A stretch of DNA of 28,325 nt, from the IMG/VR virus record IMGVR_UViG_3300025018_000457, positions 1-28,325 of that record; one strand, 5' to 3'. Under the pieces are notes generated by a model. That model worked only from the letters and a program-made list of their open reading frames with translations, did not search any database and was not told the origin of the DNA. Origin of the DNA: a virus. Taxonomy: Duplodnaviria > Caudoviricetes. Position 1 is the stretch's first letter; every line of letters begins with the position of its first letter. Below, piece after piece: positions 16,105 through 24,135 of the stretch. Both the position numbers and the translations under genes were made by a program.

Positions 16105-17433
16105 ATGAAATTAGAAAAAGAAGATTTATCAAGAGCGTTCGCCCAGTCCGACATATTGAAGTACTTCAGGCATTTTCTTGCGATGAAAAACTACACATAC
16201 AATTTGCACACTGGGTTTGTCCTATCTAATAACCGAGATACTGAGAGAGAGTTGGAGACGGAGTTCAGGACGTGGGTTACCGTGATAAGAGCAGACATTA
16301 AATTGACCGGTGGTGTACCGGGACTGTTCAATGCCACGTTGGGTCCATCAGATGCCATACGTTTGTACAAGTCGGAGGAGTACACCAGGCACATAGGATT
16401 GATGAAGTCAAAATTGACGTACGATCCAGCGAAGCGAGAAGTGGCTCTTGACGAGTTAAGGCGGTTCACACACATACTGACCGGCGACAACAAGGAGTTA
16501 GACGTCGCTGCGCTGTACAGTTTTATCTGGCAGGTTAAGCGCAAGTTCTTTGAGTTGCCAGTCGTACATCACATCATGCCGATATTGTACTCTAACATGC
16601 AGGGCTCTGGAAAGACACAGACCATGCACAGGATCACGTTGACCAAGACAGACTGCAAGGGTAACGAAAGTAATATCCTTCTGCCGCTAGCTGCATCAGT
16701 GAAGAAATCTGAGGGGTTCGATGAGCGCAACAGACACCTGTTCGCGTCGTGTAGCATAATAAAGTTGGACGAAGTTGAGATAGAGAAGGATCAGTATAAT
16801 GTGGTGAAGTCGTTGATCACCGATGATACCGTACAGTGGCGACCGCTGCGTACCAACGATGCCATAACCCGTAAGAACAGGGCTACTTTGATAGCGACGT
16901 CAAACCTACCACTGGACTCTCTAGTATTCGACGAGTCCGGTGTCAGGAGGTTCTACCAGATCAACGTGCGAAAATTCGACATACAGACACAGGAGGGCTT
17001 GGTGCAAGCTTCTGAGCAGGAGGAGTCGCTGACGAACATAAGGTACGAGGATATATGGAGCGGGATAGACGAATCGTTGTCATACAAGGACACATATCAT
17101 GCGAAGTTTGCGGAGCAGTTTAATGTCGTCGCCGAGATCACCAGGAACAGGGGCGACTTTGAACTGTATCTGAACGAGGCAGGAATATCTGCGGGAGGCG
17201 ATACGTTCATCCGTACGGCCTGGATAAACGCAGAATTTAAACAATGGGCATATAACAACACCAGCGTCAAGTGGTTCAAGAAGGACTACAAGAGACACTT
17301 CACAAAGATAGGTCTAAACCTAGTAAAGACTGGTGGTCACGAGGGATATTACGTGACGTTGTCAGAAGAAGCAGCAGTTGCCTATGCCAACTGGATAGGG
17401 TACGACGAGACGAGGTACAAGATAGGAATATAA
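16105..17433 (+). CDS. VapE/VirE-family (SF3-like) P-loop ATPase / helicase
   Basis: Walker A QGSGKT, Walker B IIKLDE, LIATSN, and DESGVRRF arginine-finger motif. Confidence 0.85.
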   Translation: MKLEKEDLSRAFAQSDILKYFRHFLAMKNYTYNLHTGFVLSNNRDTERELETEFRTWVTVIRADIKLTGGVPGLFNATLGPSDAIRLYKSEEYTRHIGLMKSKLTYDPAKREVALDELRRFTHILTGDNKELDVAALYSFIWQVKRKFFELPVVHHIMPILYSNMQGSGKTQTMHRITLTKTDCKGNESNILLPLAASVKKSEGFDERNRHLFASCSIIKLDEVEIEKDQYNVVKSLITDDTVQWRPLRTNDAITRKNRATLIATSNLPLDSLVFDESGVRRFYQINVRKFDIQTQEGLVQASEQEESLTNIRYEDIWSGIDESLSYKDTYHAKFAEQFNVVAEITRNRGDFELYLNEAGISAGGDTFIRTAWINAEFKQWAYNNTSVKWFKKDYKRHFTKIGLNLVKTGGHEGYYVTLSEEAAVAYANWIGYDETRYKIGI

Positions 17434-17450
17434 AAAAAATCAAAAACAAG

Positions 17451-18461
17451 ATGATAGACTCAAGACTTTTTTACGAGACGCTGTTCGACCCAGAGGACAG
17501 GACGTGCTTCGGCATGATGACGACGCCAGAGGGAAAGATCCCTGGCATTTACAATACGAAGCTGCAGTGGGCGTCTGCAACGCACTACCAGAAGAGGAAT
17601 TACTTCACGATCAATCCTATGCACACTTCGAGGAAGAAGACCAACGTCATGAAGTTCAGGAATTTCATGGTGGAGATGGACTACCACACGCTGGACGAGC
17701 AGAAGAGATTGGTAAAGGCGTCGGGACTTCCATGGAGCACGGCAGTATTTTCAGGCGGAGACAGCATTCACTTCATCGTCAGTTTGGTCACACCACTTGC
17801 GAGCATCGAGGAGTACAACAAATTGGCACACAGGCTGTACGCGGCTATGGAGATCAAGAAGATGAAGGAGGATCAGGGCAACAAGAATGCAACGAGGTTC
17901 TCGCGAACGCCTAATGTATTCAGAGAGGACAAGGGGCAGATACAACACCTGCTCAAGGTTAACGGGCGGATCGATAACGAGGTGTTCTTCGACTGGGTCA
18001 GTAAACGGTTGGCATACCTCGGTATAGACGAGGCGTCTTTCGAACCTAAGGTTTACCTCGCGCCGACCAAACCAGAAGGAGCGGAGGAGATGTGTGATGA
18101 CGACAAGTATAAATGGGTCAAAGAGTACTGGGTGAAGGGACACGTGATGGAGCGGAACCGACACATGTATCTGTACATGGTTGCGTCTGGCTGTAACAAG
18201 GTAGGCATCAGCCCGAACAACGCGAAGTACTACATGACAGAGCTAACGGGATGGTCAGGGGGGGATGGCGGCCGTGACGTGTCGCAGGCGGAGGTGGACA
18301 AGCAGGTGGACGATACGTACGATGCGAACAGATCAGAGCACGCCGCCATATTCTTGAACAAGCCGATGACGAAAGCCGAGTTCAAAGCAAAGAAATTGAA
18401 AGAGAAAACCGAATTGTATAACACCAAATATAAACTAAACGACTATGACTATGGAATTTAA
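17451..18461 (+). CDS. DNA primase (AEP/RepB-primase-like with a PriCT-like C-terminus)
   Basis: NFMVEMD, FSGGDSIHF and RFSRTPN motifs; C-terminal RHMYLYMVA helix. Likely start ATG 17451 after an A-rich leader, not 17271. Confidence 0.75.
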   Translation: MIDSRLFYETLFDPEDRTCFGMMTTPEGKIPGIYNTKLQWASATHYQKRNYFTINPMHTSRKKTNVMKFRNFMVEMDYHTLDEQKRLVKASGLPWSTAVFSGGDSIHFIVSLVTPLASIEEYNKLAHRLYAAMEIKKMKEDQGNKNATRFSRTPNVFREDKGQIQHLLKVNGRIDNEVFFDWVSKRLAYLGIDEASFEPKVYLAPTKPEGAEEMCDDDKYKWVKEYWVKGHVMERNRHMYLYMVASGCNKVGISPNNAKYYMTELTGWSGGDGGRDVSQAEVDKQVDDTYDANRSEHAAIFLNKPMTKAEFKAKKLKEKTELYNTKYKLNDYDYGI

Positions 18462-19155
18462 CAATAGAGAGTTCAGAACGCAAGCAGCAGCAAAGCAGTT
18501 TTACAAAGAACTTATCGCAAGAAATAAAGATTGCGTCTTGAAACCTGACGATTTTGGCATATCAAATCAGGATTACTTGTTCATGTATGACTTATTTCAA
18601 AACCACCCGACGGCTAAACGCAAGGAGGATATTGCATATTTTGAGATTAAGTTATTTAATTACGAGAATGTGCATACGGACTATTCCTCTTTTGTAGTCT
18701 ATACGGATGGGACTGAGACTAACTTCAGTTATACCACTTGTATAACTGGAAAATCTAAATCCGATACTATACAGAAGGTATACAGAGCAGCGATACAGGA
18801 CACGATTTTAGCGTATAGAATAGATCATGGTCACAAACAATGTTGTTATATAAATCATATCGGTCCGTTAGTTTCTGGCACTGACGTGGATCACGCACAT
18901 CCAAAGACGTTCAAATCTTTGATGAACGATTTTGCTAAAACAGAATCTTGCACGTTGGATCATAAAGATGTAGAGCAAACAGCACGATGGAAAATATATC
19001 ACGATAAGCATTGTCATCTTAGATGGGTGTGCCGTACGTGCAACAACAGCACGATCAAACAAGATATTAAGAAGGAGAAACTGACTAAGAAAAACAGATA
19101 TACTGAATATGATCTGTTTTTAGAACAATTAAAAAATAAAAACCAAGAACAATGA
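18445..19155 (+). CDS. DUF3223 (DCL/DeCL)-like domain plus HNH-like domain protein
   Basis: LFQNHPTAKRK...FVVYTDGTETNFSYTTCI is DUF3223-like; the C-terminus has DVDH...LRWVCRTCN. Confidence 0.65.
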   Translation: MTMEFNNREFRTQAAAKQFYKELIARNKDCVLKPDDFGISNQDYLFMYDLFQNHPTAKRKEDIAYFEIKLFNYENVHTDYSSFVVYTDGTETNFSYTTCITGKSKSDTIQKVYRAAIQDTILAYRIDHGHKQCCYINHIGPLVSGTDVDHAHPKTFKSLMNDFAKTESCTLDHKDVEQTARWKIYHDKHCHLRWVCRTCNNSTIKQDIKKEKLTKKNRYTEYDLFLEQLKNKNQEQ

Positions 19156-19454
19156 AAAGAAAATTTGACGAGTACGAATTGCAGGCGATCCGATCCAACA
19201 TCAAGACGATCGAGGAGTACGCTATTTTAAAAACGACACAGGGCGTTCCTAACGTGTCCAAACTGATAAAGGTAGGTAAGCGCGAGAAACTATCGATATG
19301 TTACACCAGGTGTGACGATTCATACTTCCTCGAGCTGTCTAACGCCGAGTGTAAGGCGATCATGATCGAGTACGAGTACGACAACATCGACGAGACGCTC
19401 GATAAGTTCAACAAGAATCAGGCCGACCTGATCAGACGGCTCAACGGTAAGTAA
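19152..19454 (+). CDS. Hypothetical protein
   Basis: 100 aa, ATGA overlap with the previous gene, followed by a terminator. Confidence 0.75.
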   Translation: MKRKFDEYELQAIRSNIKTIEEYAILKTTQGVPNVSKLIKVGKREKLSICYTRCDDSYFLELSNAECKAIMIEYEYDNIDETLDKFNKNQADLIRRLNGK

Positions 19455-19488
19455 CCCTCTTAGATTATGAAAACTAAGAGGGTTTTTT
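19453..19488 (+). terminator. Intrinsic terminator
   Basis: 11-bp stem AACCCTCTTAG...CTAAGAGGGTT followed by TTTT. Confidence 0.85.
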
Positions 19489-19612
19489 ATCATTACGGCC
19501 CGTACGAGACAGCCGTCATCGGCATCGTTCGTGTATGTGTATTGAATATAATTTTCTGCAAGGACCCTAAATGAAGGGGCGTTGTCAATGGAAAGATTTT
19601 CATTTTTAATTA

Positions 19613-19693
19613 TAAGTGCTTGAAAATCAAATAGAATAATTTTCAAAATGTGTAATTTTTTTCACACACTCTGAGATATATAAAGAAAACAAA
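19613..19693 (+). promoter_or_regulatory. Putative early promoter 2
   Basis: TAAGTGCTTGAAAATCAA followed by GAGATATATAAAGAAAACAAA; same layout as 15768-15853. Confidence 0.5.
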
Positions 19694-19700
19694 GACGAAG

Positions 19701-19914
19701 ATGATGATTGTATTAAGTGTAGTCCTTGTGGCGATATACGTGCTGCTTTTTGTATATAAACCAGTTAAAGGTGAGCAGAATTAAGGGAGAATTGGAGCAG
19801 GACAGGGCAGAGAAGTCCACTCAGCGCGACAGGTACATGATCAGGCAGGAGAAACTAATTGTGGAGCTGCGGAAACAAGTTCATGAACTGACAATAAAAT
19901 TAAAAAAAAAGTGA
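19701..19914 (+). pseudogene. Frameshifted small TM plus coiled-coil gene (or +1 recoded / sequence error)
   Basis: ATG 19701 gives MMIVLSVVLVAIYVLLF... and stops at 19784. The +1 frame from CTTTTTG (19746-19752) continues LYINQLK...KLKKK to 19914. Confidence 0.5.
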
Positions 19915-20345
19915 CCATCAATGATCAGCCTCTTTACGACCTCAAGAAGATCAGACCTGTGCCGGGATTTCCGAACATGTGGATGACAAGAAATGGCCAG
20001 GTGTACGATTCACGTTTAGGCAACCTGCACGGCGTTTCAGTAGAGGGAATGGTTATGCTGAAGGTAGATTACGTCGACCATGTGAGTATGTCGCGCCCCG
20101 TATTAGTATATGCCGACGAACTCTATAGAAAGGTCTGGAAACGTGAAGCGCCAAAGGACACATGGGTCCCGGGGGAGGACATCAAGATGAACGTAAGAGA
20201 TGCACTGAACGTGGATCTGATCAAAGCACTGGAAATTTACCAACCAGAATATAACGTTGGAGCGAAGAAGCTGAAGGAGATCAACGAGAAGCTCGTCAAG
20301 TTCCTCAATGCGGAGGGATACGACATTAAGGAGATATTAAAATGA
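19911..20345 (+). CDS. Hypothetical protein with a degenerate NUMOD4-like N-terminus
   Basis: IRPVPGFPNMWMTRNGQVYDS resembles NUMOD4; no HNH residues follow. Confidence 0.5.
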   Translation: MTINDQPLYDLKKIRPVPGFPNMWMTRNGQVYDSRLGNLHGVSVEGMVMLKVDYVDHVSMSRPVLVYADELYRKVWKREAPKDTWVPGEDIKMNVRDALNVDLIKALEIYQPEYNVGAKKLKEINEKLVKFLNAEGYDIKEILK

Positions 20346-20923
20346 CAGAGCAAGAGATGATAGCTGAAATAATGACATACAGAAAGGTCATGTACGGCAT
20401 GGCGTATCACATCCTAAAGAATGTTGACGACGCTGACGACGTGACCCAAAATGCTATGATCAAAGCCGTTACTAGAATTTCACAATTCGACGAGACGCGA
20501 GCCAAACTTCAAACATGGTGTTGTGCAATAGTGAAGTTCGAGGCGCTCCAGCTGAAGACCAGATCTAATATGCAGATGGTCGAGTACGTCTCGAATTTTC
20601 ACGACTCGATAGAAGAGGATGAGGAGACGTGGATGGACGACGCGAGCATGGTGAAATTCATGTCCGAAAAGGTGCAGCATCTCGTCAGGACCTATCCCTT
20701 GATAATAAGGTACGATCTGGCAGATGACTTCCTGTTATATTATTCTGGTGGACGGGGTTACAAAAATAAAAGATCAAAAAACTTTCAGTCAAAGTTGAAA
20801 TCGTACCAGCGGATGGCTGACGATCACAATGTTAATATTAGTATCATCAAGACCACGTTTAAGCGCACGCTCGACATGCTGAGATTGAAGTTGAACAAAT
20901 ACATCAGGACAGAAAACAATTAA
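20342..20923 (+). CDS. RNA polymerase sigma70 factor, ECF-like
   Basis: Region 2: MYGMAYHILKNVDDADDVTQNAMIKA...FDETRAKLQTWCCAI. Region 4-like: SYQRMADDHNVNISIIKT. Confidence 0.85.
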   Translation: MTEQEMIAEIMTYRKVMYGMAYHILKNVDDADDVTQNAMIKAVTRISQFDETRAKLQTWCCAIVKFEALQLKTRSNMQMVEYVSNFHDSIEEDEETWMDDASMVKFMSEKVQHLVRTYPLIIRYDLADDFLLYYSGGRGYKNKRSKNFQSKLKSYQRMADDHNVNISIIKTTFKRTLDMLRLKLNKYIRTENN

Positions 20924-20926
20924 AAA

Positions 20927-21214
20927 ATGGAACTGACGGAAGAGATGTTGAGATGTGCGCACGTTGCGTACACTAGAGAGCTGAACGAGGCGGTTGAATC
21001 AGAGCGCTACGAGGCTGCTGCTGCATTCAGGGACGTGATCAAGATACTGTCTGACGCCATTCTGGGATACAGAGACGCCGACAAGGAGGTCATGGACATC
21101 CTATTTTACTGTTGCATGATGTACGGCAATCTCGTCGACATTAACGAGGAGGACGAGAGCGAGACATACGAATTGGAGGGCTGTTTCTTTCAGTTCGCTA
21201 ATCCCTCGAAATAA
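20927..21214 (+). CDS. UVR (UvrB/UvrC) motif-containing protein
   Basis: LNEAVESERYEAAAAFRDVI matches the UVR coiled-coil consensus. Confidence 0.6.
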   Translation: MELTEEMLRCAHVAYTRELNEAVESERYEAAAAFRDVIKILSDAILGYRDADKEVMDILFYCCMMYGNLVDINEEDESETYELEGCFFQFANPSK

Positions 21215-21246
21215 AATAAAAAAAAATAAAAAGAAAGATAAAAGAA

Positions 21247-21441
21247 ATGGAAAAACAAACATTAAATGACCATGCGGAAGCGTTCTATCTCTACCAACTG
21301 AGACGGATGAAAGACAAAGAGGAATCTAAGCTCTTCTCTTTATGGTGGACGGAAACCGGCAGAGATCAGTACATATCAACGTGTGTCCGTGCCTTCTTTA
21401 TATATTCAGTACTGGTCATTAGATCTCTCTGTATACTCTAA
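21247..21441 (+). CDS. Hypothetical protein
   Basis: 64 aa with an A-rich leader and a hydrophobic C-terminus. Confidence 0.6.
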   Translation: MEKQTLNDHAEAFYLYQLRRMKDKEESKLFSLWWTETGRDQYISTCVRAFFIYSVLVIRSLCIL

Positions 21442-21465
21442 ATAAAAAAAAACATTAAACAAGAG

Positions 21466-22197
21466 ATGATGTACAAGGAACAAGACAAGTTCAACAGGAA
21501 GATATGTGTGCTGACGATGGCCACCGGGCCTTACAAACAGTTTCTGCCCAACCTGATAGCAAGTATCAACCAGTACTTTCTACCAGGATATGACGTGACG
21601 GTGCACGTCTATACGGACGAACCCGATAGCGATTTCCCGCGCGTTAGAGCGCACTTCTTAGAGCACATTCCCGCTCGGAAGTGGTACCCTACGCTGGATC
21701 GGTTCCACATATTCGTCGACAGTCGCATGGTCATAGACGGGTACGACAACTACGTATATCTCGATTCAGACACGCTGCTGACGGACTATATTACCGAGGA
21801 GATACTAGGAGACCGTGTCTACGTGCAGCACTGCGGCTTCGTCAACCGTAGGGGACCCTACGAATCCAATGAGAATTCCGCTTGCTACGTCGGGGACGAG
21901 AACAAATCGCCGTACATCGCAGGAAGCATCTGGGCGTTCTCAAACGAGGAGTTCTGGAAGTTCATGGACAACGCCATCAAGATGGTGGAGGCTGACATTA
22001 AAAATAGAATCCTACCTGTATGGGCAGACGAGAGCGTCATCAACCGTTATTCGCTCGACAATCCTGCGACCACGCTTTTAGATCCTAGCTATCACTACCC
22101 TGAGTATACGCAGATCATCACGGACTGCTGGCACAATCAGGGATTGGACTATCCGTGCAAGGTGTTGCAGCTCGACAAATCGAAACATTTAGGATGA
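21466..22197 (+). CDS. Family 6 glycosyltransferase (ABO / alpha-1,3-Gal/GalNAc transferase-like)
   Basis: ATGPYKQFL...YFLPG...VYTD, W..TLDRF, YLDSD, PYE.N..SACYV and WADESVINRY are collinear with GT6 motifs. Confidence 0.88.
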   Translation: MMYKEQDKFNRKICVLTMATGPYKQFLPNLIASINQYFLPGYDVTVHVYTDEPDSDFPRVRAHFLEHIPARKWYPTLDRFHIFVDSRMVIDGYDNYVYLDSDTLLTDYITEEILGDRVYVQHCGFVNRRGPYESNENSACYVGDENKSPYIAGSIWAFSNEEFWKFMDNAIKMVEADIKNRILPVWADESVINRYSLDNPATTLLDPSYHYPEYTQIITDCWHNQGLDYPCKVLQLDKSKHLG

Positions 22198-22730
22198 TAT
22201 ACGATGAGATAGACGCATACTTCACGAAAAATTTTGACGATCTCACAACGACGGCGATGACGATATTCAGGACCTGTCACGGCGCTGGTCACGTCGACGA
22301 CCTCTTTCAAGAAGCTTACATGCACATGAGGGAGCGGTCAGATAAAATAACGGTGAAGAACATCGAGGCATTCTTCGTCCAGTTCTGTAGAACCCAGCTG
22401 ACCTGGTCCAACTCAAAGCACAACATCAGCGTGAGGAAGACGGTCCCACAGATCAGGTACGAATCGGAATACAAATATTCATCAGAGACGGACGCCATAA
22501 ATGATACTCAGGAAAAAATATTGCTGGAAAAATGGTATACGGCACGCAAGTCCGCTATAGCGATTTATAAGATGCAGAAAAAACATAACAAATTTTTATT
22601 AGAACTGTACATGGATACTAACGGATCTAATCAGGTGATGTCAGAACGCCTGATGGTTTCAAGATCGTCGGTGTCCAGACTGATACAAAAAATGAAGCAA
22701 GATATACAGGAAATTTTACGAAACTTATGA
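22194..22730 (+). CDS. Second sigma70-like factor
   Basis: VDDLFQEAYMHM (region 2-like) and a C-terminal HTH SNQVMSERLMVSRSSVSRLIQKMK. Start ATG 22194 overlaps the GT6 stop. Confidence 0.65.
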   Translation: MIYDEIDAYFTKNFDDLTTTAMTIFRTCHGAGHVDDLFQEAYMHMRERSDKITVKNIEAFFVQFCRTQLTWSNSKHNISVRKTVPQIRYESEYKYSSETDAINDTQEKILLEKWYTARKSAIAIYKMQKKHNKFLLELYMDTNGSNQVMSERLMVSRSSVSRLIQKMKQDIQEILRNL

Positions 22731-23251
22731 AGAACTTTCTAATACTAGGCTGTGGTCCAAGCGCAAGTAAGGCGATCGGTCTGGAAGGATATATAACAGT
22801 CGGAGTTAATGATGCTGCAAGGTATCACAAGATCGACTACCACGTGGTTGTGGACAGAATGATAAGGTTCTCAGATGAGCGTCAAGAGATAATAAGTAAT
22901 ACTTTATCGAGATGTTTGTTCACACAACTGCCGGCAAAAAATATGGAAACAAGATCTGTTGACAGGATGTACATCGAGATGCAGAAAAAGAGAGGTTGGT
23001 TTCCTGACAAACATTTATACTCTTTTTCGCACCACAGTCCATTTATTGCGGCGCAGGTTGCTGTGCGTTTAGGAGCGACCTGTCTGACTTTCGCCGGAGT
23101 AGACCTAATATCCCATCCGAACTTCAATAGGAGACAGCTAGCGGAGTCGAGACTCCATCTGGAGCAGATGCTGAATTATTATCATGGGCAGGGAATAGAA
23201 TTAGTAAATCTCGGAAATAATAACATCCTTAGCGGAATATGCGGAATGTAA
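22727..23251 (+). CDS. MptE/Maf(DUF115)/Cst-sialyltransferase-like Rossmann-type protein
   Basis: ILGCGPS, VGVND, DYHVVVD and S.FIAAQVAVRLGA..LTFAGVDL motifs. Confidence 0.6.
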   Translation: MKNFLILGCGPSASKAIGLEGYITVGVNDAARYHKIDYHVVVDRMIRFSDERQEIISNTLSRCLFTQLPAKNMETRSVDRMYIEMQKKRGWFPDKHLYSFSHHSPFIAAQVAVRLGATCLTFAGVDLISHPNFNRRQLAESRLHLEQMLNYYHGQGIELVNLGNNNILSGICGM

Positions 23252-23613
23252 AACCTTTTAACGCTGGTACGATGACGAGCGCTGCGTTCTTTGGGATGAT
23301 CAGATCGACGTTACGAAAACGGAGTCAGTACTGGAAACCATCTCAAATCGTGAAGCAGGCTGCGAAACGGCCGTACACCGGAGACAACCCAAGGCAGAAG
23401 TTCGAGTACATGTGTAATATTTGTAAAGAATACTTTCCGGGGAAAGAGATCGCTGTCGATCACATTGTGGAGGTCGGTTCGCTGACGTGCTACGAAGACC
23501 TCCCGGCGTTCTGCGAGGCCTTGTTCTGCGAGGAGTCCGGTTTGCAAACAGCGTGTAAGACGTGTCACGACAAGAAGACGAAAGCTTACATGGATGGAAA
23601 AAAATTAAAGTAA
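23239..23613 (+). CDS. HNH endonuclease
   Basis: CNIC...AVDHIVEVG...LQTACKTCHDKKT. Confidence 0.85.
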   Translation: MRNVKPFNAGTMTSAAFFGMIRSTLRKRSQYWKPSQIVKQAAKRPYTGDNPRQKFEYMCNICKEYFPGKEIAVDHIVEVGSLTCYEDLPAFCEALFCEESGLQTACKTCHDKKTKAYMDGKKLK

Positions 23614-23627
23614 ATCAGATGTCCTCC

Positions 23628-23650
23628 TTTGTAAGGACTTGATCAAGGCA
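23628..23650. repeat. 23-bp direct repeat, copy 1
   Basis: TTTGTAAGGACTTGATCAAGGCA, identical at 23755-23777; contains the palindrome CTTGATCAAG. Confidence 0.9.
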
Positions 23651-23654
23651 ACTC

Positions 23655-23724
23655 GTTGTAACGTCTTTACGACTCCAGGAGTGCGCCTCCCGCTCGGGAC
23701 AACTGCCCTACGGGTACAAAGATA
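23655..23724 (+). ncRNA. Repeated element, copy C (inverted, with an extra hairpin); candidate structured RNA
   Basis: Reverse complement of 15252-15309 with AT replaced by GCCTCCCGCTCGGG. The repeat itself is certain; RNA status is inference. Confidence 0.4.
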
Positions 23725-23749
23725 GTAAAAAATTCACAATCGATTCCTC

Positions 23750-23893
23750 CTATTTTTGTAAGGACTTGATCAAGGCAGTCCTTGCGTCCTGCTTAGATAT
23801 GCTGAGTATCAGCGAATGGAGCTTGTCTATGCTGGTGCATAAATCATTGTGCAGCACCTTGGAAACCTTTGACCTCTCTCTCTTCTTTTTCAT
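23750..23893 (-). CDS. Small hypothetical protein (47 aa), not in the ORF track
   Basis: ATGA overlap with the holin-like gene; MKKKRERSKVSKVLHNDLCTSIDKLHSLILSISKQDARTALIKSLQK*. Confidence 0.6.
   Translation of the reverse strand: MKKKRERSKVSKVLHNDLCTSIDKLHSLILSISKQDARTALIKSLQK
23755..23777. repeat. 23-bp direct repeat, copy 2
   Basis: Encodes ALIKSLQ at the end of the 47-aa ORF. Confidence 0.9.
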
Positions 23894-24114
23894 TTGTCGA
23901 ACTGTTTTTTTATTAAATTTCTTAGATCTTCTATTACGGTCGTAAGTTTCGTCATGGTGTTAAGTCCCTCTCGTTGGAGGTCTCTTAATAACGTATTGAG
24001 CTCCTTGAGCTCCTTGTTCTTGTGCTCGAGTCCACTCTTGAAGTACCATAAAAAGTAGCCAAGAATCCCGATTATGGGACTCATCTTGGCTAGTTCTAAG
24101 AATATTTCGTTCAT
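23890..24114 (-). CDS. Holin-like membrane protein (single TM plus coiled coil)
   Basis: Likely start ATG 24114 (MNEIFLELAKMSPIIGILGYFLWYF...), 74 aa; architecture resembles BhlA/UviB-type proteins. Confidence 0.45.
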   Translation of the reverse strand: MNEIFLELAKMSPIIGILGYFLWYFKSGLEHKNKELKELNTLLRDLQREGLNTMTKLTTVIEDLRNLIKKQFDK

Positions 24115-24135
24115 GTTTTTTTTATGTTTTTTCTT

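Noticed and set aside
17271-17450. Long N-terminal extension of the primase ORF
   Set aside because: Overlaps the helicase by about 160 nt; ATG 17451 has the typical A-rich leader.
19320-19646. 108-aa minus-strand ORF
   Set aside because: TTG start, runs through a terminator hairpin and antisense into a real gene.
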